This document shows, in pieces, positions 39,617 to 51,450 of a stretch of DNA of 64,000 nucleotides. A model generated the notes under the pieces. It had not been told where the DNA came from and searched no databases. It saw nothing but the letters and a program-made list of their open reading frames with translations. Position 1 is the stretch's first letter. Each line of letters opens with the position of its first letter. Both the position numbers and the translations under genes were made by a program. The stretch is taken from positions 12,338,001-12,402,000 of the forward strand of contig JBHGNT010000015.1 of assembly GCA_043228905.1 (NCBI GenBank). Reading direction: 5' to 3'. Origin of the DNA: Azolla caroliniana. Lineage: Eukaryota > Plantae > Polypodiophyta.

Positions 39617-39889
39617 GCGTACACGTACTCTGTGTGTGTGTTGAGTTTTCCTTTCATCTTTTGTTGCTATCCGGCTGAGCTGGTTTGTCAAATGCTTCCG
39701 CACGTTTACTTTGACATGATATCAGAGTGCGAGTGTTGAGAACCTCTGCAGCCAACAAACACCTTTGAAGACAAACCCTAATACCCGGTAAGGACAGACA
39801 AAGAAAGATATGGACAGAGGTATGGCAGAGTTCACTTCCCACAGAGAAGCTGGACCAGAGCAACTACGGCATGGATATTGGTGCTACGT

Positions 39890-40409
39890 TGTCGTGAAGA
39901 TTTTCGTCCATAGGCGGAAACCGGGGTGGAATGGGCAAATCGGTGGTGTGCAACATGTGCACGTGTATACTAGAAAAGGGTGTGTAGAAAGAAGAGGAGA
40001 ATTTTATCCCACATTGTAAGGTCCCTCCCTCCTTGGGCTATAAAAGGAAGGGAGGGGTCACTTATGAGGGGTTGCCTATTTTAAGGGAGAGAGGCATACC
40101 ACTTAGGTCGAGGGTCTCCTATTCGGTTTTAGGGTTTCGGCTAGGGTTTTCTTCTTGGGTTTTTCCTTTAGGGTTTTTGATATAGTCATTTGGTGCGGCC
40201 ATGGCGGCCACCATTGTAAAGCGTTTATGTTTTCCTTAAGCTAACTTGTTGAGCATCTTGCCCCGTCTATTCTATGTGATTGTCTTATTCTTTCTCACCT
40301 CCTCTTGAGCTAAGCTTCCATTTTTTGTCTTATTCTTTCTCCTCCACTCCCTAGTCCAAGACCCCCGTGGTCCCGCCCCTTCTACATGCACGCGCGTAAC
40401 AACGCGACA
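39890..40409 (+). mobile_element. Solo-LTR-like element of the TGTCG...CGACA family
   Basis: Perfect 4-bp TSD ACGT; TATA GGCTATAAAA near 40037; start TGTCGTGAAGATTTTCG equals the reverse complement of the end of 46845-47909. Confidence 0.9.
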
Positions 40410-42989
40410 ACGTGGAAGGAACCACTGAGGTAGCATCGGAGCTAGCACACAAGGACTTCCCAGCATGGGAGTAAGGAGTGAACCGCGTTTTGTACTGCCT
40501 CGCCTCCTGTGTGCATGATCAGATGCTCGGCTACATCAAGGATGCAAAAACGCCGAAGGAGGCCTTGGAAAATCTTCGGAAGATATTCGCCGCGAGTACC
40601 ACAGCCCGTAAGTTGACGCTCCGGCAAGAGCTAAACAACATCCGGCAAAGAGATATATCGGTTACGGACTACACCACCGAGTTAAAGGAGATTTTCGACA
40701 CGCGTGGGTCCATCAACGTGACGGTGGACGAAGACGAGATGGTTCAAATCTGCCTTGGTGGTCTAGCACAACGGTACGGGCCAATCCGAATGACAATTTG
40801 CACCCGAGAGAAACCAACGTCCTTCTTCAACTTACAATCAATATTGATGGTCAAAGAAAACCACGCGAGTGGGTCAAGGATCACTCAATCAGACAACAAG
40901 ATGTTGTACACGGAGGCAGATCGATCCTGTGGGCATGGATCAACTACACGTCATGGTCATATAAAATGCACCAGTACCTGGTGGAGCTACGTGGAAGGAA
41001 CCAACGAGGTAGCACCGGGGCCGGCACACAAAGCCTCCCTGGCATGGGAGCAAGGAGCGAGCCGAGTATTGTACTGCCTTGCGTCCAGTGTTCACGATCA
41101 GATGCTCGGCTACATCAAGGATGCAAAAATGCCGAAGGAGACTTTGGAAAATCTATGGAAGATTTTCGCCGCAAGTACCACAACCCGTAATTTGCAACTC
41201 TAGCAAGAGCTGAACAACATCCGATAGAGAGATATGTTTGTTACGGACTATACCACCAAGATTAAGGAGATATGGGATGCACTCGGATCCATCAACGTAA
41301 CGGTAGAAGAAGATGAGATGGTCCAGATCTGTCTCGGTGGTCTAGCACCATGGTACGGGCCAATACGAACGACAATTTGCACCCGAGAGAAGCCACTGTC
41401 CTTCTTCGACTTACAATCCATGTTGATGGTCGAAGAAAACCACGCAAGTGGGTCGAGGACCACTCAATCCGACAACTGGATTATGTGCATGGAGGCGGAT
41501 CGGCCCCGTGGGCGTGGAGGACAAGGTGGGTCGGCACGCAATGGAGGCGGTTGGCAAGAGTAGAACCGAAGGCATAGAGACAATGCCGACAACAGTTTTG
41601 GACCCTCCACAAGCAAGGGGGGTCATAACGGTGCCGGAAACCGACAAGGAAAGGCCAACACGAAATGTTGGTACTGTAGCAAGAAAGGCCACAGGGAGAG
41701 CGAGTGCTGGAAGAAGCGCGCCGATTTGGACAAATCCGAACCCGGCAAAGCCGGTCCGGAAAACTGGCAAAGCTCACACTACGCGGAAGGATCAGAAGGA
41801 TCTAGAACCGGGAAGACCGGAAAAGGGCTAGTCTTTGTGATGAAGCACAAGGCGAACTCGATGAAGAAGACCACTTCCGGATCGGAGGAAGTATGGTACG
41901 TTGATTCCGGAGAGTCCAACCACATGACGAGCCATGAAGAGTGGTTCTCATTTTTGGAGAAGCCGGAACAACCGAGGATTGTTGAAACCGGAGACGACAC
42001 CCCTCACCCGATTGTGTGTCAGAGAAGTCCCTTTAAGCCATGTCGGACAAAAGGGAAAGCTGATGAATGTACTACACGTTCCAACTATCACAAAGAACCT
42101 AGTATCGGTCAGACAAATCGTCGACCCAAGAATGCAAGTGCGGTTTACACACCTCGGGTGCTTCATCAAGGAAGAAGGCCGGATAATTGCGTAAGGGCGC
42201 AGGGAAGGGAGGATGTTCATCCTCAACACATTGACATCGGCACTGCCATGTTTGCCAAAGGATAGAAGATTGAATCGGACATTGATCTCTAGCATAAGCG
42301 GGTCCGCCACATCAACTATAGGAGGCTTCAAGATCTGCAATCGAAACAAGTTGTGTTCGGATTGCCGAAGTTTAGTGGCCAGAAGGCCCTGAAGCTTGCC
42401 AACTAGGGAAGCAACACCGGCTTCCATTCCCCACCGAACGAAACCGTAGCCATAACAAGCTCGATCTAATCCATTCAGATGTGTGGGGAGCGGCATAGAA
42501 CGTTAGTCTTGGCGGGAGTCGGTGTTTTGTCTCCTTCATTGACGACTACAACCGGCACACGTGGATCTACCTCATCAAGAAGAAAGCGAAGTCTTTGACT
42601 ATTTCTAGAACCTTCAAAGTTTAGTTGAAAGGGAAACGGAGAGGAAGATCAAGTGCCTGTGGTCGGATGACGGAAAAGAATACTTTTCCGGCTAATTCAA
42701 CAATTATACATAGCAGATGTCATGATATGGCAAGACTCGAACCCATGACCTTATGCTACATGGGTCAAGCTCTTGACCATTAGACCATACATTATAATAC
42801 ATAGAATATTATTTTCCTTTATGTTTTATTATAGAAAATTGATGTATATTCCAGATTTCTTTGGAACATTCTAGAAACTTCAGGAGTATTCCTTACAACA
42901 CTATAAAAGGAGGCACAAGCATTATTTCGAACCAAATCAGTTCAACGCTAGTCTTAAGCCTCCTCGCTACTACTGTACATTCTCTTCAC

Positions 42990-43443
42990 ATAATATATAT
43001 CTTTTCTTATCATCACACACACTCTCTCTCTCTCGATCTGTCTCTCCCTCCCTCCCTCTCACTCACTCTTTCCTTCTCTCGAGAGTTCTTCACCTCTCTT
43101 AGTAATAATACTTCTTTTAGTACTAATTCCTTCTCTATCTTAGTACTAATACTTCTTTTAGTACTAATTCCTTCTCTGTCTTAGTACTGATAATATATAT
43201 CTTTTCTTATCATCACTCTCTCTCTCACTCTTTCCTTCTCTCGAGAGTTCTTCACCTCTCTTAGTACTAATACTTCTTTTAGTACTAATTCATTCTCTGT
43301 CTTAGTACTGATAATATATATCTTTTCTTATCATCACTCACTCTCTCCCTCCCTCTCACTCACTTTTTCCTTCTCTCAAGAGTTCTTCACCTCTTTTAGT
43401 ACTAATACTTCTTTTAGTACTAATTCCTTCTCTGTCTTAGTAT
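42990..43443. repeat. Triplicated pyrimidine-rich unit in the gypsy LTR
   Basis: ataatatatatcttttcttatcatcac...gagagttcttcacctctcttagta..taatacttcttttagtactaattcc, starting near 42990, 43190 and 43311. Confidence 0.88.
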
Positions 43444-43547
43444 TGTTCCTAACAGTTTGAACCAATTTCGCTAGTTCTTCCTTCCGTATCTTCCTTTCCT
43501 CCTCTTCCTTTTAACTTCTTATTAATCCTCTTATCCTCCCTAGTAAA

Positions 43548-44690
43548 ATGGAAATTGTTAGCGCTCAGGAATACCAATCTGTTTTCTCGGAGCTCCAGTG
43601 CTTAAAAGAGAAATTTGTAGCACTAGAACAAGAAAATCATCGTTTGTTGGGGGATCTTTAACAAATAGCGCTGGAAAAACAACAACAACATGGGGAGTTG
43701 ACGTTACGTGTACAACAACTTGAAGCGACTATCGCATCATTACAACAACAAGGATCAAGCACTCAAGGGATTCACAAAGAACCCAAGATCGGTCTTCCTG
43801 CAAAATTTGATGGGACCTAATCACAGTTTAGAGGGTTTTTGAATCAGGTATGTTTAGTGATACAAATGCATCCTTCTCGATATTCCACCAATGCATCAGG
43901 AGTGGGACTAGTAGGCACTCTCCTTAGTGGCTCAGCGTTAGCATGGTTTGCTCCATTGTTGGAAATGAAATCTCCATTACTAAACAGTTTTGAAGAATTT
44001 ATAAGTGAGTTTAAGGCTTGTTTTCGAGATACTGACAACATAAGGACTGCAATCAACAAAATCCGGTGATTACGCCAAGGTGACCGTCCAGCCTCCGCAT
44101 ACGCTGCAGATTTTCGCCTACTCGCTACCGATATCCCTTGGGATGATCACGCATTGATGGAGCAATTTCGTTATGGCTTACGCAACGATTTCAAGGATTT
44201 ACTCTTGACCTTCCCCGAAGAGCCAAAGTCATTAACAGAAGCAATCAGTCGCGCGGTGAGATGCAACAACCGCCTCTTCGAATGACGTTCGGAACGACAA
44301 TTCCAGATTTCGAGGGCAAGATCAGAGCCTACCTACGCCTCAATGGTAGCGAAACCTTCTCCGAGGGATTCATATAATGCGCCTCCAGTAAGTACTCCAA
44401 CTCCGATGGAAATTGACATCACACGTCGTCGTGGACCACTATCGGAAGAAGAAAAGCAACGACGCCGAGCAAACCGACTATGTCTTTATTGCGGTGGACC
44501 AGGGCATATCGCGGTAAACTATCCCCATAGGCCAAGAAGGCAGGTAAACCAAATAGTTGCTAGTTTTGATTGTACTAAACCCGAGACTATTTCCGTAGGG
44601 ATATCTGATAGTCCTAATAGTACTAATAGCCCAAATCTAGCGAACAAATTTGATGTCCTTAGTCAATTAGAAGAAGAGTTAAACGACTAA
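43548..44690 (+). pseudogene. Gypsy gag, single frame with four premature stops
   Basis: KEPKIGLPAKFDG, LSGSALAWF, LRQGDRPASAYAADF, PTPMEID and zinc knuckle CLYCGGPGH. Confidence 0.92.
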
Positions 44691-45694
44691 GTCCAGCCAA
44701 AATAGGAGCCTTTTGGTTGGACAGCCCTAAATCTGTGCAGCCCATTAGGGTCGCGACAAACAAGACCGGACCAGACGAGGAGCGCGAGCAAGGCGGAACG
44801 ACGCCAGAAGGAGCGGGGTCCAAGGACTGGCTGCCACAGACACTGACACCACAATCCGACCTCATGTTGAGCTTGAGGGGGAGTGTTGAGCAAGCAAGCT
44901 CAACCGGATCCGGATTGGCTAAATAAGTCAGAGCCAAATCAGTATCCGGAATGGAGAACTGGATCAGTTTCCAGATGATATCCGGAACCAGGAGACAAAT
45001 CGGAGAGCCGGATTCGAGTGTGAACCGGAACCTAGTAGTAGCCTAGACTACTAGATAATCATTGGCTCGTAGTTAGTGTCAATCGCTCGTATGAGCATTG
45101 AAGTACATAGTACTTATGTCAGTCCTTTTGAGGACTTGTATAAATAGTGTTGTTTAGCACATTGTACATATAGAGAGTTTTCAGAGTGTTACTTTGTATT
45201 GAGTTTATGTTCTGTTCTCTCTCTCTCTCTCTCCTACATACACGTACTCTTTGTGTGTGTTGAGCTTTTCTTTCATGTTCTATTGCTATCCGGATGAGCC
45301 GGTTTGTCAAACGCTTTCGCACGTTTACTTTGACAGTGAGGCACTAATATGACAATATCTCATAATATTACATGAATGTGTGTATACTATTGACTAAATT
45401 GTGGCATGGCCATGAGCCCACCTCCATGTAGGCCCCATACGGCGCAGCATGTAACTAGCCACAACTCCATATCATCACAAAAACACTTATCCTAACGGAA
45501 GGAAAGTAATCTGGGCTTGGGTAAACTCCCCTACCAATGTTAAGCAATGCCAACCCAAGGTTAGGTTGGGTAATTGTATCACGCTTAAATAACAATATAT
45601 AAATTTATAATATACATTATATATCTAGTATGATATGATATCTTAATATATCACAAGGGTACATCACAATATATAAAAGTTAGAATATACATTA

Positions 45695-46151
45695 TGTTAC
45701 GGGCATGACCATATAATATCTCGTGGTGAGAATTTACCGTAGTATTCTATATACGTGGATAAGTCTAAGGGTTAAACGAGAGTGTAAAGAAGGGGAGGAT
45801 TACTTTTAATCCTCGGGATTGAGATAACCCATTAGACCAAGTGTGAACTTGCCTGGGGGCATTGGGTTTCGCTATAAATAAGAGGCCTAGCTACCCTCAT
45901 TTGATTAGCTGATTAACTACGTCGAGACTCTGTCTTGTGGTGGGTCAACTCTTGTAGCGAGCGCACCAGCACCAGGTACGACTCGACGCCACGGCGGTGG
46001 TATGGGACGCCGATCGAGGCTCGAGTCCGTCTCGATCCCTTCGCTTGGGGGTGGTCAGGTGGATCGGCACCCTTCTTTCTCTCTCTCCTTTCTATTTATC
46101 TATCTATATTCTATCCTTATCTAATGCTTACATTAGTTCATGTCTCTAACA
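45695..46151 (+). mobile_element. Solo LTR of an unassigned family
   Basis: TGTTAC...CTAACA with perfect TSD CATTA; GCTATAAATA at 45871. Confidence 0.88.
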
Positions 46152-46844
46152 CATTATATATCTATGATATTATAATCTTAATGGTTAAGGTTAAAGATTG
46201 TTCGTATAGAGGTCACATGGGTTTATATCTTCATTAAGACCACAGTCTTTTGTGTGCTTACGATACTATCACCTTCGTTGATGATGTGGTCCATAAATTG
46301 CAATTCACAAATTGGGAGTTTGGGGCATTCGCAATGTTCTCAACAAGATCGAATGTTCGACTATAAGGCATATAACCTAATAAATTGATTTAAGATGGTA
46401 TAATTTGTCATGCATAGTCATGAGTCTAACACAACTTCAAACTCATATGCTAGTCCATTAACAAGTTGAGTTGGAAGTAGAGGCGGAACAATATAAAGAT
46501 TAGAAATGGTTCTACAAACACATCGTTCTAATAGTGAGATGACGATCACTTGTGTCATGAAGTGCATATTATATGTGTGCAAACAAGCATTGTGCCTCTA
46601 TCTGTAGGTTACAAAGATTTAAGATGACATAGAAAATTTTCATTATCAAGCACAAAATACACATTAATCAACCCAACCCTTTTTATTCTAATTAATCAAG
46701 AAAATGATTAGTACACTTATTACAAATTTGAAAATAACTATTAAAATTTGCTTAAGATTTGGGATTTTGATACGAGAATTTTTACTTTTATTTTCCGAAA
46801 AAATACAACTTCCATTAGTTATAAAATTTTACAGACGAGAACGT

Positions 46845-47909
46845 TGTCGTGAAGATCCGTCACTAGGCGCGGATTGTGAGGCAAAACCGATGGGGTTCTA
46901 AACCAGAAGGATTCGAAGTCGGTACAAGCTTTAGTGAGATTAAACGCTTGACTTTCAATTGAGAGAGATTGATTGAACTTTTATCTTTAGATTTAAGAAA
47001 CAAGTTACACGATCAATTCGATAACGAATTTTCTTCTTCTTAATTTCATAACCAAAAGAGCCTAACCCTTCTTCTTTTTCATCCCTTCTTTTATAGATGC
47101 TCTCATGCATATGATGCATGTGAGGGTACAAGACATGCATAAAATGTATGTTTGCCATTTGGCGCTCATGTATTACATGTGGTGCATGATAACCATGTCA
47201 CTCATTTTAGCTCTCATGTATGAGAATTTACATCTAAAAGTACAATGATAGAAATATAAATTCAACTAAATGGCATGGCTTAGTGGTAAGCCTACTAACT
47301 CTTAACTAGGAGGTGCAAGGTTTGAATCCTTACTTGCCCTCCTTGTGTATATATATGTGATATATATTTATTTATTTATTAATTTGGTCGCCGGTTTCCA
47401 TCGGCTGCCGCCTCGCCGGCCCATCGGATGCTGATACCACCGGATCACCGGCTCCTTCGGATGCCGATTCCGCCGGATCGCCACCGCCAGCGCATGCCGA
47501 TCGCCGGTTACCGTCCAGTTCCGTTTTGGTTGGCCAAAACCTTTACGAGTGGCTAGGCCACCTCCACTCTTAGTTCAAGTTACCTTGAACTCTCTATGCT
47601 CCACACATAGACACAAAGATAATAACTTTTGCCCTACCTTATATATGGTGAGAGCCTTATTCGTCCTGTCTATGTGGGATATCTCACAATTTTCTCTTTT
47701 TCTTTCGCAACTTCTTACCCACATAAGTTGACACTTAGATGTTCGTTTCTTATATAGTAAAGTGCACCTCTTCAAGATCTTCATCTTTTGTACTAAGATA
47801 TTAAACTTACTTAGAATTAGTATATTCACTATTATTGTTCTATATGATTGACACTTGATTTCGTACGTCTTATGTGATTTTCACACCATTGCCGAAAATC
47901 TTCACGACA
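46845..47909 (-). mobile_element. Solo-LTR-like element of the TGTCG...CGACA family
   Basis: 12-bp perfect terminal inverted repeat TGTCGTGAAGAT and perfect 4-bp TSD ACGT; 47660-47790 is similar to 12205-12340. Confidence 0.9.
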
Positions 47910-49397
47910 ACGTTATACACAAATCCTAGGAGGGACACGTTAGTTCCATCTTATATGGAGGCCCACTAACTCAAGAAAGGGAGAGGATGGCAATTGTTGA
48001 ATGAAGGATAATTATTGCGTTTCGACTCCATTGGAGTTGCCTGTGAGGCCATCGTATTGGCTCTTTAGAGTGGCTACAACTTCACTCGATATCTCCTGTA
48101 ATAACACTGCTTGATGCACGGTTGATTGGAAAAGACATGTCTACAATGTTGTTTCCAGAGAATCCAAAGAGCTATTGGCCTGACGAAATCCAACACAACT
48201 TGCGTTATGCCATTAATAGGAGTTGAGCGGATATTGTCAATTGTGGAAAATAAAATCCCTTCTGCCTTTATCCCCAGTGCCATCCACTTCTCCTAGTGTT
48301 CGTACATGTCAATTGGGGCCTGCCATGATAACCAACATACATTCCCCACTTGATTGTGCCTTGCACCTGGCATAATTGCAATAGACGGTTAATCCCCTAC
48401 CATATTTGATGGGTCTTTGGGCAGTCCCACAAAGCATGTCGAATTGAGTCTATTACATTTGGGCACGCTACACAATTAGGAGAGCTAAGGATACCATGTT
48501 GCCATGCTCCAACCGGTAGTGACCTATGCATTACTAACCATTGGAACGTGGTAATTCACTTAGTGTGATGTTGTTTCTATATTTTTCGCCAAAACTTGGT
48601 AATAATTAGATGGGGAACATGATATGTGTGCCAAATCTTTGGAGTTGCCAGCTCTTGGGTTGTTTGAGCAGCTAGAATGTGGTGTCCCAATCTAGTCGTG
48701 AATTTGAAGAAAGGGATGGCTTTGTTTCCTGGACCCGCATAAGGATTGTGCCACATCCATTGCAAACGGTCCCAACTTATCTTACGTAGCCATGCGTTTT
48801 CATGAATACATATGTGTCATTCTGGTGTTACCTTGATCGGATAAAGGTCTACAATCCATTTACAACCCGTTTATGCAAGTACTCAAATTGCCATGTTTGA
48901 TGTTGGTACCTCATTGTCTCGTAGCTCATGGCCTTGGATGCTATCTGGTGTGCTACTCGTGGGCCGAACTAGACACTAACACAAGGGGAACACTTCACCA
49001 AAGGGGTGGTTATGGGGTTAATGCTTCCGACACAGATATAATTTTATTCGACTGGTTCCGGATTAACAACATACACGAATTGATTACACGCGTAAGATGA
49101 GACAATAAGCACAGAACGGAAAGTACTTAGATACACAATTATCTTAAAGCCAAATTCACTTATATTAATTATGTCCCTTAATACATCGTTCTTCGGATCC
49201 TTTTATAGGCATCTGGTTCTTTTTACAAAACGATGCCATACCGGCAACCGGTTACGAATCGATCTGGATTCAGATTGGTGCAACTCTTCCGGATCCATCC
49301 ATTCCTATTTTAATTCTAGTTAATTAATAACCAATACTTAAATTCCTCTTTCGACTTATCCCCCACTTGTCTTTCATACTCCGGCCACCGGCCAACA

Positions 49398-49440
49398 CAT
49401 GGCATGCCTATGGGAGAATACATTGTACATCAAACCCACG
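49398..49440 (-). promoter_or_regulatory. tRNA-Arg 3'-half mimic / inverted PBS at the PPT position
   Basis: Plus strand: LTR-CA ca TGGCATGCCTATGGG-N20-CCCACG, which is the 24286 motif with three transitions. No purine tract here on the coding strand. Confidence 0.75.
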
Positions 49441-49451
49441 GGTTAGCCCCG

Positions 49452-51440
49452 TCAATCTTTGTTGAGTATGTCCAATATGCGTTGGTCCAGGGTTTCCAAT
49501 GGTTCTTCATTCTGTTGTTGCGCCTGTTGTTGCTCTCTGACTTCTTTCGACTGACGTATCTCCGTTCTTGCGTCAGTTTCAACATTCTCTCCATTTCCGG
49601 TTCCTACTAACTACTCCGACCCGACCACTTTGTTCTGGTCCGCATCGGCTTCCCTTGGTTGTTCACCTTCGGCTTCATTTGGAGCTCCTCCTGATGCGGT
49701 TATGGTTCCGTAGTCTGTTCCTCATCACTTATAATTTTTGTTGTCATCCGTTTTTCGGCTTCCAGCCGCCGGCACTCTCATTCGTATCGCTCGAATTGAA
49801 GTTGCATTCTGATGTGATCATCATCAAGCCTTTCAATCAATCTCTGGACAACTTTGAGGTGGGATTCGACTAACGGGAAGAAGTCGTCTGACAATTCCTC
49901 CCGGATGGTGACTATACTCTCTTCGTCCATCATGTAGAAATTGTCCTCAGCTTTTTTTCAGTTCTCTGCATCTGCTCGGAATACCTGTAATATTGCCGCT
50001 TGTTGTGACCATTGCATCCACATTGCCATCAAGCAGTCATTGATATTCGCCTTTGTCCGGTTTTTACATGCCATGACTATCATCCGTATTCGTTCATCTT
50101 CTTGATGAGGGCGGCGGTAGCTTGAGCCTGCACTTCATAGCTCATCAATTGGGTTTGGTAGGTTGCTTGGACCCTATCCAAAGTCATTTTTTCCCATTCC
50201 GTTTCTTCATAGCACTTCCGGTTCAGCTCCATTTTTTCCTTTGCCGCTTTTGGAAGTGCCTTCGCTGTAGCAACCGCCTGGGTGTGTTCCTCCGCTAGCG
50301 CCTCCAACTTCATAGCTCATCAATTGGGTTTAATAGGTTGCTTGGACCCTATCCAAAGTCATTTTTTCCCATTCCGTTTCTTCATACCGCTTCCAGTTCA
50401 GCTCCGTTTTCTCCTTTGCCGCTTTTGGAAGTGGCTTCGCCCTAGCAACCTCCTGGGTGTGTTCCTCCACTAGCGCCTACATTATCTTGGCCAGCTCCGT
50501 CCGGATTTCTTTCATCTTTTCTTGATGCCGGTCAAATCCGACTAAAGCTTCTTGTGTTCGGTGTCAAGTTGTTTGTGGTCCCGGTGCAACTTTTCAAAAT
50601 CCTTCATTTTCTGCTTAAGGCGCCGATTCTTTGCATGATTTCTTCCATAAGCCGCTCTATTTCCGTTTCAGCCATTCTTTGGAGCTTATCCTTCTCTTGT
50701 AGCAGTTTTTCTCTTTCCTCCTTCAGCCGGTCGTTGTTTTCATGGTTTTTTCGGAGATTTTCTTCTATTCTCCGCTTCTCTTCTTCGGTTGTCTACTTTT
50801 GCACTCTCTCTCTTTCTCGCAATGCTTCTTGAGCGGCTAATTCTTCCCTTAAGGTTAACCTTTCCTTTTCTCGCTCAACATCTTTTTCTGAAGTTATACT
50901 AACCACCGGTTGTGCATCCGTTTCCGGAGCTTCTTTCTGTAGATTAGCCGGTGGCACTAGCTCCGTTACTGCAATTGTAGTTTGGCCCACGTTGGCCATG
51001 ATGACTGCATATTCCTTGGCCCTTTTCAACTCTTCCTCCAGGCTCCAGATTTGTCCCAGGGCCTTCTTTAATTCTTCAGTTGTGGCTAGCAACCATTCTG
51101 CCTGATTTCCGACTTGTCGTTGTTCATCCTCCATTCCATCGGCCACACTGGCTACTTGCTCTCTGAGCCACTTAAACCATTGGCGTCACGTTCTGTGTTG
51201 TGTCAGGGCAGAAAATGATGCATTGACTCTGGTCTTGGTTCGTGCTTTTTCCTAAACCATTGGGTCAGCGGTTCTAGTGTTCACTCCGGACGGCGTTCCT
51301 CGTGTTGCTGCGCTTGAAGACCTAGTGAGGTCCAACTTTCTGTAACTGGTTCCTATTGAACCGTTGTCACCGCATCTGGTCTTATTTCCAGCTCTTCCTC
51401 CTTCCTGGGTTTCCCCACCGCTGAGCAGGTCTCCGGGGTA
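49452..51440 (-). pseudogene. Coiled-coil accessory ORF, disrupted; homologue of 24383-25617
   Basis: WSQQAAILQVFRADAEN*KK..FYMMDE at 49859-50011; ends ILDILNKD* (stop 49452-49454); internal ~175-bp duplication 50132-50478. Confidence 0.85.
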
Positions 51441-51450
51441 CTATTTTGCT

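Larger units (their letters stand above)
42718..44750 (+). mobile_element. 5' part of a Ty3/gypsy chromovirus-type (Tcn1/sushi-like) element: LTR 42718-43454 plus gag
   Basis: TG...CA LTR with TATAAAA at 42902, followed by a PEG10/sushi-like gag; truncated by deletion just after gag. Confidence 0.9.
39166..45335 (+). mobile_element. Copia element D (lineage of A), rearranged: duplicated gag, RT and RNase H deleted, gypsy fragment inside (LTRs 39166-39716 and 44884-45335)
   Basis: Perfect TSD GTGAG. PBS TGATATCAGAGT 39717-39728; PPT 44872-44883. gag, PR and IN motifs to 42717; the copia 3' spacer resumes near 44747. Confidence 0.95.

Noticed and set aside
40127-40160. TTTAGGG motifs suggesting an interstitial telomere (also near 11270 and 31165-31245)
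   Set aside because: Isolated telo-box-like motifs inside LTRs, not tandem arrays.
42990-43443. Regularly spaced repeats resembling a CRISPR array (also 18748-18917 and 59142-59240)
   Set aside because: No unique spacers, no cas genes, and a eukaryotic LTR context.
47272-47338. Functional tRNA gene (also 35146-35213 and 42727-42792)
   Set aside because: Acceptor and anticodon stems do not pair properly; reported only as tRNA-derived remnants.
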